A stretch of 64,000 bases of DNA, from NCBI GenBank assembly GCA_028023455.1, contig JAQFVV010000004.1:16058001-16122000 (forward strand), read 5' to 3'. Source of the stretch: Epiperipatus broadwayi (Eukaryota > Animalia > Onychophora). Under the pieces are notes generated by a model. The model was not told the DNA's origin. It did not search any database and saw only the letters and a list, made by a program, of their open reading frames with translations. The translations under genes and the position numbers were made by a program. Of this stretch, positions 39,746 through 52,005 are shown one piece after another. Each line of letters begins with the position of its first letter. Position 1 is the first letter of the stretch.

Positions 39746-41118
39746 GCAAACCATACTTTATAAAAGTATGTGCTACATGGCACCACAATTTCACACAGCA
39801 ATGTCATTTGGCACATTTATGCAGAAGGGTTCCTGCATGAAGTATGTAATAGAAGAAGCATTTACTACAACAGGTGCACAAATTAGAAAATGTTTCTGAT
39901 TACTTTTGGATCCCTCCTTGTATACTATTTATATTGTCTAAATATAAATGCATATATAGTACATATATATTATTGCATAAAAGTAATTACTTTAGTTTTA
40001 TTGTAGGATATAACTTGAATGAAGATCATTAGCTCAAAATTGTTCTAGTTTGAAAAATAAAATTGCCTTTATGCTTTTGTGTCATTTTATATATGGAAGT
40101 GAAAGTTATTGCTACCATTAAAACTGCTAAAATGAAATTACTTTAAATACACCTTATTTTTAGGCACGATGTGTTTTGGGTTTTTTTTTTTTCAAAATTG
40201 TACTGAGTGAACAAGTGTACTTTAGTAGATTACTAACTTTATAAATTACAAACAATCTATATTAATAGAAGACATAAATAAAGCTTCATGTTCATTTGAA
40301 TTTAAAAGGATTATTGGATAAGAGTAGAGAACAGAGGCATAGCAGTGATTAAAAGAATGTGTTTGATGTATTCATGAGAGGGACTTCAAAATAAATACAT
40401 TCAAAATGTATATTGTACACATATATATGTTTTTATTCCCACACACATATATATTCTTTAATTAAAAAAAAATTATTTTATATATAGATTTATGTGTGCG
40501 AGTATTATTATATAGTTTATAGATAATTAATAATAAACAGTAGTGAATGGAAAGAATGTTATAAGAAACAATATTTTGATATAATATTTTCTTATTAAAT
40601 AATTAATATATGCAGTTATTTAGTTTTATTTCTGTAAAATAAAATGAAGGAAATAAGAAAAATGTAAAAACGATCAGTAGATTAATAGATAAACTAGGCA
40701 CACATGCAAAAGAGTGTGAAAGAATGAGTGCAGCTGTTTTTAAACACAGACAATTTTTTACACATATTCTATAGACTATAGATTACGAACTTTTTTTTAT
40801 ATGTAATCTGTATCTTAGATTATCTTAAGAAAGGAGAGGAAATGCTTAAGACAGAATAAATAATTACTAATCTTTTTTTTTTGTTAATGACTTAAAACCG
40901 TCTAGGTGAGATTTAATTGCTATCTCTAAAATCACAATTAGTGTTGATAGATTTTTTTTTCTCTTTGATCAGAAATTGAAATATATAGAGGGGGCAGTTT
41001 TTGAAAGAGCAGTCATTAATAATACTAAAACGCAATCGTTACTATTAAAAAAAGAGATGTAGTCATTAATATGCAGTTTTTGAGAGGCATTCAGTTTAAT
41101 AATTTTGAGAAACAGGAT

Positions 41119-41275
41119 CACTTAACAATATGTAGTTTTGATAGTAGAGATTCAGTTAATATTTTTTTTTAAGAAATAGAAGCACTTAACAATATGTAGT
41201 TTTGATGGTAGAGATTCAGTTAATATTTTTTTTTAAGAAATAGAAGCACTTAACAATATGTAATTTTTGATGGCA
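41119..41275. repeat. 64-bp tandem repeat, about 2.5 copies
   Basis: cacttaacaatatgtagttttgat.. starts at 41119, 41183 and 41247. Confidence 0.85.
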
Positions 41276-43055
41276 GGAGTTTTTAAAAGAAGAGTCAGTT
41301 AAGAATGTTTAATTTTGGCAGTAAATGGCAGTTGTTAAAGTTGTCTTAAAGTTACAAGAAATATGCAGTTGTTTTAAATTTTAAGCCAAAATGATGAAGG
41401 CAATTAAAAGTTGGAGAATTGGAAAGCAATGAGTCAACAATATTGAGAAGGAGAGCCAGTCAGTTTTATTTTTTCATTCGTTTGTTTCTTATAAACATAG
41501 AATGAACTGTTTTATTATTTTCTTTAAAAAAATTCAGGAAATGAATATGTGAGTTTTTTGTTGCTTTAATATCAGCATAAAAGATGTGTGCCTATATATA
41601 AGTAATTCACAGCAGGATTGATATAAAGAAATGGAACAAAATTGAATTTCTTGGAGGAAGTTATTGAAAATTCTATAAAAATGATATTAATATATTTTTG
41701 GGCTGTGTATAATACAATGAATTTGCCATGCTAAACTCACTGTTTCTGTTTCTTGAAATCTGACATAATGGGTTAGCTCACTGATCTATCTATGGACTCA
41801 TATACCGGTCGATAGTAACCAAAAGAATGGTCGAGTTTAAAGCCAACCACATAAGCTATCTGAGGGGCTTCTTTTCTGTCTCCTGGCCTATTAAAGGATC
41901 CTCACTTTTGAATGGAGGGAGAAGGGGAAAGAAGAGAAGAAAGATTATAAAAGCCATGTAATCAAGTTCTATTAATCTATAAATCAATTTTTTTTCTAAA
42001 GTTTTATTTACATTTATCTAAAGTGTCTACAATGATTTCGTTTTAAAAGAGTGGGATCAAGTAAGCCAAACAGTTCATATATATCTAAAAGTATTTGTAA
42101 TAACTTCTTTTTAAAATGGTATAAACAAGCAAGTGAAACAATTCTTATTTATCTCAAAATATCTGCAACAACTCATTTTAAATGGTAGAAACCAGTCAAA
42201 CCAACCAGTTGAAGCTATAAGTTAGGCAAGCGGTCTAAAAATTCAAACCTGGGACATTCATAAGAAGTGAAAATAATCGGGTAACTTTGAACTTTCATTA
42301 ACAAATCTTTTATTCTTACTTACTAAAAGTAAACTTTAATTTATAAAGTCAAAGCATTTTATTTTTTTTCTTTTGATACAGAAAACATTAAGAGTTTGTT
42401 CATTGATTGTGTTATTCTTAATAATATATGGCAATACACACACAGTTTAAATTCATTAAACATAGTTTTTTGCATTATTTTGATTATTTTTTATTTATTG
42501 TTATATAATGTCATACTAAAATTGTTTTTTTTTTAATTGTTCTTTATTGATTGTGATAATTAAGCAACCTATCCAGAGCTTTATAATGTTTTTATTATTA
42601 TTTATTTTTGCATATTAAATTGGATATCATTTATTTTTGTTGCTGAAGGTTGCTATAATGTTTTTTTATATGTGATTCATGTATTATTAATCCATAATAT
42701 AGGGATATACATTTTAAATATATATGTTGACATATCACAGAGTGTGTGCGTGTGTAACTGCTTATACAAACACATCAAAAGAATAGGTTATGCATAGTTA
42801 ATTTAAATATAGTAAATTGAAGAGCAGGGCCTCACATATGTATAAAAGTGAAGAAACACACACATTACATAAATGAAATTTGCTTTTATGATATGTAATA
42901 AGTAAGGAAAGTCTTAAGTAAGCATTCAATGAAATATTTTTTTTTAAATGTCATTTTGAGCTAACTTATTTAAAAATATGTAGTGATAAAGAAAAAGCAG
43001 ATATGTAAAATTAATGAGTTGTGCATATAGTAATAGGATATTTTGTTTAATTATA

Positions 43056-43140
43056 TATATTTAATAAAGTCAATTGTACATTTATTAATTTAGTTTATAT
43101 TTAATAAAGTCAGTTGTACATTTATTAATTTAGTTTATAT
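43056..43140. repeat. 40-bp tandem duplication
   Basis: tatatttaataaagtca(a/g)ttgtacatttattaatttagtt x2. Confidence 0.8.
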
Positions 43141-45069
43141 AAAAAAAGGAAAGAGTGTTAATAAATATAATTATATCATATTTGGTTTACGAGTTATTAT
43201 TAAAAATATTGTTGTATTTTTCTTGCCTTGATTCTATTGGTTTAAATGATCATCATCACTCGCAAATATTAAGCAAGCGCTTGCAAATGTTAAGCAAGCT
43301 AGAATATTGATTTACATTTTAAGGATTTAGGGATTATGCTTGACATATAACCAGTTTTTTTTTTAATAATAGAAGTTAATAATAAAAGACTAAAATTATG
43401 TTGTGCTCAAGAGTTATGATCACCATCATCATTGAATAAACAAGAATCATTAAATCCAATCTTTAACATAATTAATGGTTTGGTGAATAGGGGTTTATAG
43501 AAAGTTGAATACCATGTGTAGAGATTCGTGATGATCAGTCATCATCACTGGTATTATTGAATCCTAGTTTTAACTATAAAAGTATTTTGAGTAAATAACC
43601 ATAAACGTATATAAATGCTAGTGAGTGTTGTATTTAAATCCCAGTTTAACATAGGATGATTTTAAGAAAGTGCCTATAAGTTTATGAAAAATAAAATTGT
43701 TGTCATGAGTTCATTATTAAGCTATGGCTGGAATTATCATCATCATCATTATATTATGATATTTAAGTAAATTAAGTAACTAGTTTAATGGACATATAGG
43801 TAAGTAATGGTCTTCACTATGTTTGTTTTGGAAGCCATTAGTTAGAGTATATTTACGTCTGCTCATCAATACATGTAAACTGAGCTAGTAATGTCTATAA
43901 GAGTCTTGGATATATAAATTTTGTGATATTGGGATCTTATAATTTTATTGACATGGATAAAATATAAGAATGTCATTTTTTTATGTTCATTAGTCATCCA
44001 AGTCATGTGCAGTAAAGTAGGTACTGAAAGGGTTTGAACCCGGTACACTATGGTATTTATCTAGATTTAAAACAATCTAGTGGTGCCCATGGAAAACACA
44101 TGTACTTAGCTAAGCTGAATAAAAGTGATCAAATCCCTTTTCCAACTTAATAATATTAACTTTATATGATTTTTTTTAATAAGTTGTTATAAATAGCACC
44201 AGTGTGTGCGTGTGACCATGAATGGTCGTATATACACGGAAAGAGGAATGAGAAGGATTCTTTGTTAAAAGAACCTATTATTGGAGATAAGCATAATGCA
44301 CTCCAGGGATTTCACAGTAATTTTGTTCAGTTGCTATATCTAATATTAGTTTATCTGATGACAATGGCTAGTATATTTTATTGGTCAAATGACTTCCCAA
44401 TATCGAAATATTTTAAATCTTTAATGATGACAGTTTAATTTTTATTTTGTTATTATTTTGTGTTGAGAAATGGGATAATTTATTTATTTCATTATTAGCA
44501 TGACAGAATTACTGTTTATGATAGTTGCAAACGGGCTATAATGTTATATATCTTATTGGTTACAAATGGACGCTTAACTAAAGCATGATATGTATATGTT
44601 CTTATTCATATGTTAGCGTCATCCTTATTTAATTATAAATTGTATATTAGCTAACGTAGTAAATTCATTTCATATTTAATTTTATTCGGTTACAAATGAT
44701 GAACCGCTGGAGCATATCCTGTTTAGTTTTTTTTATAAATTATAGCGACTATCATTATGTCATCTATCATTCCATATATATATATATTTTATAATCTATG
44801 ACAAAATGCCAGCCTTTTTCATCTATCATCCATTTTCATAAGTACATTATTATTATTATATTACTGTTACAATATATATAAAAAATTTGATTTATACTTA
44901 AACAGCATGATATGCTAAGCATGCTTTTGACTAACTCGTAGTCATATTCAAAGCAATAGTTGTCCAAGAAGCTTGTGACTTTGATAAAAGAATAGTAGAT
45001 ATTTGCATAAAATTTGAATATGAAATGTAAATAAGTTAATTTAAATAAGCCACTTTTTTGATAGTGCGA

Positions 45070-45420
45070 TGCAGATTCTTTTTTGTTGAGTGCATGTATA
45101 TTGTTGTCAATCAGGCCTCTTTAACTTTATGTTTAAAATCATTTCTTTTGGAACAGATAATGCCAGAAGATGTAGATTCAAAGCTGTAACCATGTTTAAA
45201 CTTATGTTCAAGGACAATGGATTTAATCTCAATATTAGTCTTAGCTTGATTGTATTGGTATCTATGCTGTGTAATTCAGATAGAGTGACATGTGATTCCC
45301 TGTAATAAACTGTATGGCAGTTTATGTTGTTGCACATAACTTTGTATACAACTTGGGAATTTTGCTTTGGAGGCAGCTTGTTTTTCATATATGTTAATAA
45401 GGTGATTTAGGGTGGGAGAG
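45070..45420 (-). mobile_element. Decayed Penelope-like GIY-YIG endonuclease fragment
   Basis: MKNKLPPKQNSQVVYKVMCNNINCHTVYY, then after a frameshift KSIVLEHKFKHGYSF..KVKEA*..ALNKK. No inverted arm recognised. Confidence 0.7.
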
Positions 45421-46961
45421 TAGTGCAAGAAAATTGACAATAACCAGAAGAAATTTTGAAAAGATAAACATTGCAAACAAAATATTTTCAATAAACAAAA
45501 TCAGAAAAATGTAAAATTTGATTGAAAAATGAAGTCATATAGAATTTTAAACTGGGTAAAATATTTTGTATTAAGCTTATTTATTATATATATCAGAAAG
45601 TAGGAATAAAAATGCAAAGAGGGTGTAAATGAATATCTTCATAATATTAACTACTGAATATTGTCTTCTATCACTCACATTTGGCTTAGGGTAGATATCA
45701 GCTACATTCTAACAATGGTAGTCTCTTATTTTATTTTGAAAGTAATGAACTGATAAATAAAAATAATCAATTAATTAGTCATCTGAGAGAATGTGTTACC
45801 TTCAAGCACTGGAAAGGACAGTTTAAGCTTTGATTTAGCAACCTTTAGTTCTTGAATTCAATCTACTACCACTGTACTAAATCATATAAAGTAGAATACT
45901 GATAATGATGATTTATATATAATATGTATCACATCATGATTAAGTTTAGAATAGAATTTTATTAGAACTAGTAAAATAATTGCTTCTCTTTTGAAAGATT
46001 TAAAGATAATGTCTAATCTTTAGGTGTTTATATTTTATTATAATTATGTCTCCATCACATTGAACCAAACAAATTTGTTCAACTTTTAGAATAAAAATGA
46101 AAAAAATCACTAATCGTGGGAACGATGCTAAACCATCTGTGATTAATAGCTGCGATGGACTAATGTTACATGAATTATTTTATTGAGCACTGTCAAGTTC
46201 TGATTATTTTGTGCATTCAGTCACATGATCATAATCATTTTTTTACTGCAGTTTTTAATCTTGATCCAGTAGTGTTGCTAGTATTTTTGCAACAATATTT
46301 ACCAAGAGAAGTGTAAATAGAGGGAAAAAATTTATCAACTGCCTTCGATCCCTGGAGATATAGTGAATGCTGGTTGATAGACTGTGGAGTTTCTCTAATA
46401 ATTGATCACTAGGAAAAGTAAATCCCTCCTCTTCTATCATTTTATTAATTTTTCTTTTCTTTCTCTCTTTCTTTTTTTTTTTTTTGACAATAAATGATTT
46501 TGATTGTAGAAAAGCCATGATAGGCAATTGAATCAAAATTTGGAAATTAATAATCAAATGATTTATATGGCAAATCTTAAATTTAAAATTTTTAAATATA
46601 TTTAATCAAAGCATTTGAAAAAAAAATAAAACGTATCTAGTCACTACTGGAGGATTTTAGATTTTTCTGTCAGCTGTTCACTAAGATTCTGAGTTTTATT
46701 TTCGTACCATGCTCATTATTGTTTCAGCATTTGCACTTATGAGATGCAGAATTTTCATTTATAGAGAAATATTTTTTTTAATTTTAATATTAAATGAAGA
46801 TTATATAACGTTAATTAGAGTGGGGAAATGATTGTAGCCTATTATTTTTACTTTTACGAAGTTAGTATTTGTCCTAAATATTTCGTCATTAAAAATATTT
46901 AATTATTAGGTATATAAGTATGTAGCAACTACACTTTTATTGTAATTAATTCTTCATAATG

Positions 46962-47186
46962 TTACAATAAAACATCAGAATTAACGTTATTTTTTTTCTA
47001 TTTATTTTATATTAATAATAAGTGAGCACCATATCGTTACAATAAAACGTCAGAATTAACGTTGTTTTCTTTCTATTTATTATATATTAATAATAAGTGG
47101 GCACCATATCATTACAATAAAACATCAGAATTAACGTTATTTTCTGGTTATTTATTATATATTAATAATAAGTGGGCACCATATCG
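46962..47186. repeat. Three tandem 75-bp units
   Basis: Units start at 46962, 47037 and 47112 (ttacaataaaac..gcaccatatcg) with few substitutions and no spacers. Confidence 0.9.
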
Positions 47187-47196
47187 TAATATAATA

Positions 47197-47237
47197 TTCC
47201 TAGACTGATTTCGGGCTATTGCCTTCATCAGTAAGAA
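47197..47237 (-). ncRNA. Minimal type I hammerhead ribozyme motif
   Basis: Minus strand: TTCTTA CTGATGA A GGC AATA GCC C GAAA T CA GTC TAGGAA. 6-bp stem I with one G-U. Confidence 0.7.
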
Positions 47238-48521
47238 CTAGGATTCAAGGCCTGAAACTGTCTAAACATGAGAATACTATAGCAGTATGACATGGCATCT
47301 GTTGATTGCTCAAGTTTACTGTAAATGATCTAGAGTTGGCTAAAAGAAACTGCTCTTGGAAACATATAAACATATGAGAAAGTCATATAATATTATTAAT
47401 ATTGAAGTTTTATGAATACATTTAAATATTTTAAGTTTTCTTCCCAAATATATATGAAGGAAATTCAAAAATATGATAATATAATTAAGTTAAAACATTT
47501 GATGTTAAATCAATTTATTAATTGCCATTGGTAGTTTAGTGCAGTGGTAGAATAGTAGATTCTAAATTCCAAGATCCATGGATTGTGACACATTCGTATC
47601 CTTCTAAGATTCAAAACTTTTTGAGCTTCCGAACAATAAACTGTTTAATTATTTATTTAAAAATTCTATTTACAAAACTTTAAGTACTTGAAGTATCCAT
47701 ATTTAGTTATTGACTTTTACATTTTGTATATGTACGACAACTTTAACATGATATTATATGTTTTCCACTAATTTATTATGATATGGCAAGTTGGTAAAAT
47801 TTTCAGTTTCTAGGAATCAACAACAGATTTTCACTGTTTGAATTATAAATACTTAATATTTGAAGTAAAAAAAAAAAAGATTTTGCAAGTGTATATCAAA
47901 ACACAGCAAGAGAATATTTTTAAAGCACATTTTCTTACTAACGATTGGCTACTTTCATTAAGTAAATTCTGGAATATTTTATCACTATAATGGAAGTTTT
48001 TATTCTTGAAGATTATAATGATAAATAGGACATAATTTTGAATCTAATATTTGGAGCATGAGAAGGCAATTTAATGCTTATTGGTACCACAGTTTTTTTA
48101 TAAAGTCTTTTTAAAATGCTCTGTTAATGACAGGTCACATTTATTTTTATGGTTGCATGTAGTTGTCTGGGTTTTTTTAAATTGTATTGATCTATTTAAA
48201 CACTTCAAAAACTTTACTGATTAATTAATTACAGCTAATATATGATTAAATCATTACAACATGATACTATAAAATATACAACATGAATTTATGATATCAG
48301 AATTATTATTAAAGTTAGGTTGTGCATTTTATGGCAAGCTATTATCTAGACATCATATTCATAGCACTTTTAAGAAGGATACTTGATATAGGTTAATCAA
48401 TAAAACTTTTAATTATAATTTATAGTGTTTATTTATGTGTGGTTATATATATATGCTAACTGTGAAACTGTGATTTTTCACACAGTAATGTTTGCTGAAA
48501 AATTAAAACAATCTCTGTTGA

Positions 48522-48785
48522 ATATTTCAGATTGGGTGATTTGTCATACATGGTCACCATTTCTTATGATTGCTCATAATTGTTATTAAAACAGGCAAAA
48601 CTCTCCATACAGTAGTGCCACTCAGTGCAAGCCAGTGTAATCAATGAGAGTCACAAGCTAAAAACTAGTCTGGGGATGTTTGATGAGTAGACACTAGATA
48701 GGGATTTTATGCACAAGCCCCTGGCATCCATTGATTATTCTGATTTGCACTGAGTGACACTACTGTATGGAGAGTTTTGCCTGTT
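48522..48785 (+). mobile_element. Foldback mini-element, same family as 4485-4766, with the 5' half of the HHR lost
   Basis: Arms at 48590-48646 and 48729-48785. The loop retains ..gtcacaagctaaaaactagtctggggat. Confidence 0.7.
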
Positions 48786-49044
48786 AACTAATTTTAGAAA
48801 TTGCACACTAAATTTAGATCTTAGATTATGGTATATTTAGATATATTTTGAAATACCACAAAGAACAAGGACATTCAATAATATTAAATTTCAATAAAAA
48901 TGAAAAAAAAATTAAAAAATACAAAGCACAGTTTAAAACAAATAAATATTTTCTGACTAGATAATGGATAAATTATTGCCTAAATAACCTTAATAACTTT
49001 ACTTCTAGTTACCTAGCCATTGTTTGATATACAAAATATATAAA

Positions 49045-49835
49045 ATAACACCCACAAAAAGAAAATTATGTACAAATATATATATTCGCATAATGCTTAT
49101 ATATGAGAATAAAGAATATACATTAAAAATTAATTATAAAGAATATACATTAAAAATTAATTAATTTTAATAAAAAAAAAGTAATAATAGTATCATCTTT
49201 TATATATCTTTGAGTTCAATTATGAAACTAACAAAAAGAATTAAGAATGTACACACTCTTATATATTTATGTTTTATGTGTGCATATATGATTAAATTGC
49301 AAATCAGCAAATAATATCTCATGGCCCAGGATTTGATAGTCTTTTTTTCTTATATAGGAAATATGAGCCCCTATTATTTCCTTGCATCTTCTTGAATATT
49401 TTGGCATGAGTGGCTTTCAAATTTCTTTAATATCTTTATCTATCTATATTTTTCCTAATTTAACTTACAATAAAAAAATATATACATAGAGGAATTTAAA
49501 TCTGTAGATCTAATTATCATCATGGTCTTGAATATTATAGTATTTATTTTAAAGTTTGCCTTTGTTTCTCTCACTCTTAGCAGTTATTTAAAAATTATCT
49601 TATTTTAGCAGGTTTTATACACACACACACCCAAGTATTTTACATGACAGGTTCACATATTTTGGTAAGAATCATTACAGCTGATATTTAAAAAGCTAGT
49701 CTAGCTCTTCATTATTAAGGTTATTATGGAACAGCAGATATTTTTTTACTTTAAAATTAACTTTTTATTCCTTAGAAATTACATATAAGGTCAATAATAC
49801 TTCACCAGCACTTGCTGCTTAAATGTTTTTGAGGT
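49045..49835. repeat. Diverged ~0.8-kb direct repeat (second copy about 60288-61040)
   Basis: Collinear shared blocks, e.g. tcaattatgaaactaacaaaaa, aaatcagcaaataatat, gttatttaaaaat, cttcattattaa, aatacttca. Confidence 0.7.
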
Positions 49836-50424
49836 ACTTATGTATTAGACCTGTTGTGACGTTTCACATATGTATCAGTCTGCTGCTTAACCTTCTAATA
49901 TTGCCATCTTGTCAAATAACATGCACATTGGAATTTCTGACAAACAAGTGATCAATTTGTAAAAATGGATCCTATATACATGTTATTTCATAGCATTTTA
50001 GTAAGATTTAGAAAGTTATTGGCAGATTGATATGTATATGAAATATCATAACAGCGCTAATGCGTAACTCCAGATTAATATATGAATCTGAAAAAATACA
50101 TTTTTAACAATAGGAAAAATATAAATTTGTACACAAAAATAATAAAAAGACATTGTGATACTAAATAAAAAAAAGTAGTTGAGAGTTTTTAAAACAGCAT
50201 TCTGCTGTGCAAACATTCGCCCCCTCACTGGACAAAGGTGTAGTTTTCTGATGTCACAAACACAGCCAGAAATTCAAAAAATTTACTTAAAATACTAAAT
50301 ATTGACTCTGGCAACAAATTACAAAATGGACATTAAAGCAAAAATAAAAAAAATACTACATAAGAAAAAAAAATTACTATTATATCAATTCACTCACTTA
50401 AAATATAAACATTCTTACTATTAT

Positions 50425-51301
50425 ATATGTAATTAAAATTACCCCAAATCCAAAATTCAAACAGACCAGCATAAAAATAATATTAAAACACTACCAAAGG
50501 TTTCACTGCTACAAGCAGACTTCTCAAGTGTAAAGAACTACTAAAACTACACAATATATATAATATTAAACATTACCCACAAATCCATTCACTTCCCATG
50601 CACCTTTAATATTAAAAGAACTCTTAAATAAATTAATTGCTTCAGAATAATAAATTTTCAATAATATTCTTTAATTCTTCTTTTGATTTCATTTCTCTCA
50701 AAGAAGACAACCTTAGCTTCATCAAAATCAATAGTGTGGCCTGTATCTTTTTCATGGACATACAAAGCAGAACTAAGATATCTATTTTTAACTCTACTTT
50801 TATGAACCTTTATTCTTTCATTTAAACTCAAACTACTCTGATCTAAGTAAACCTTCTTACAAAATAAACAAGGAATAAAATATACTACACCAGGAATAGT
50901 CTTTCTATCAAAAATCGCTTTTGTATTATTTAATAAATTATTCAATGTAACACCCCTTTGTATGTCTATGAAAAAGATAAGGCCACACTATTGATTTTGA
51001 TGAAGCTAAGGTTGTCTTTTTTGAGAGAAATGAAATCAAAAAAAGAATTAAAGAATCTTTATTATTGAAAATTTATTATTCTGAAGCAATTAATTTATTT
51101 AAGAGTTTTTTTAATATTAAGGGTGAATGGGAAGTGAATGGATTTGCGGGTAATGTTTAATGTTATATATATTGTGTAGTTTTAGTAGTTCTTTACACTT
51201 GAGAAGTCTGCTTGTAGCAGTGAAACCTTTGGTAGTGTTTTAATATTATTTTTATGCTGGTCTGGTTGAATTTTGGATTTGGGGTAATTTTAATTATATA
51301 T
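50425..51301 (-). mobile_element. 5'-truncated Penelope-like element with an inverted terminal copy (~345-bp arms, 188-bp loop)
   Basis: Arms at about 50425-50767 and 50956-51301. ORF 50658-50945 reads GVVYFIPCLFCKKVYLDQS..RIKVH..SALYVH..GHTIDF..KRRIKE, a PLE-type GIY-YIG. Confidence 0.9.
51195..51238 (+). ncRNA. Hammerhead motif, U3-A8 variant (identical inverted copy at 50488-50531)
   Basis: ACAC TTGAGAA GT CTGC TTGTA GCAG T GAAA CC TTT GG TA GTGT. Stem I ACAC/GTGT, stem II CTGC/GCAG, stem III ACC/GGT, cleavage triplet GTA. Confidence 0.7.
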
Positions 51302-51588
51302 TGACTAGTTTAGCTTTATTCTTGTAATGTTTATATTATATATGTGCATATATATGTAAATTAGAGCCAGTAAAGGCACACACACATTAAATAATAAATA
51401 TTTAGCAGTTATATAAATGGTGGGATGTATACAGTGTTCACAGTATTTAAAGTGAAATCAAACTGTATACCTATAAATAATTAATAATGCCAAACTATTA
51501 ACTGAATTAAATAATTAAGGATGTGTTGCTTTACCAGACTGGATTGCCAAAAGAATTAATAACCAAACGAATCCATTTTGCACACTTG

Positions 51589-51714
51589 GGAAATAAAGGA
51601 GCAGCAGTGTTAATACTCCAGAAAGAAAGAGATGAGAACAAGATTTCAAACATGGGAAATAAGGGAGCAGCAGCGTTAATACTCCAGAAGGGAGGAGATG
51701 AGATTGGGACTTCG
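51589..51714. repeat. 63-bp imperfect tandem duplication in LTR-like sequence
   Basis: gggaaataa(a/g)ggagcagcag(t/c)gttaatactccagaa.. x2. Confidence 0.75.
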
Positions 51715-52005
51715 AATGTGGGAATATATAAGAGTAGGCAAAATAACTCTCGAGGTCTTTTCCCATAGGTCTTCTTGAGTGCTATTCTTTTCCGGACTTG
51801 AATCCTAGGTTTTCGGCGCCTATAGGTGAATCCAGCCAACTAGAGTAAAAACAGACCGCACAAATCTTAATATGATTTTAAAATGCCCTAAGTAGCTCTC
51901 TGAGGATTTGTAAGCTTATGATCCAGAAGGTACTATATATTTATTGTACTTTTGTAGACTGAAGGAAGATTGAATTGTAATTCAATTGGGCATATATATA
52001 TATAT

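Noticed and set aside
46255-46557. 100-aa minus-strand ORF
   Set aside because: It crosses a poly-T/low-complexity tract, with no motif or convincing splice sites.
46962-47186. CRISPR-like array
   Set aside because: The units are contiguous with no unique spacers, the context is eukaryotic, and there are no cas genes.
51515-51839. Overlapping short ORFs
   Set aside because: They arise from a 63-bp tandem duplication in LTR-like DNA and have no domain signal.
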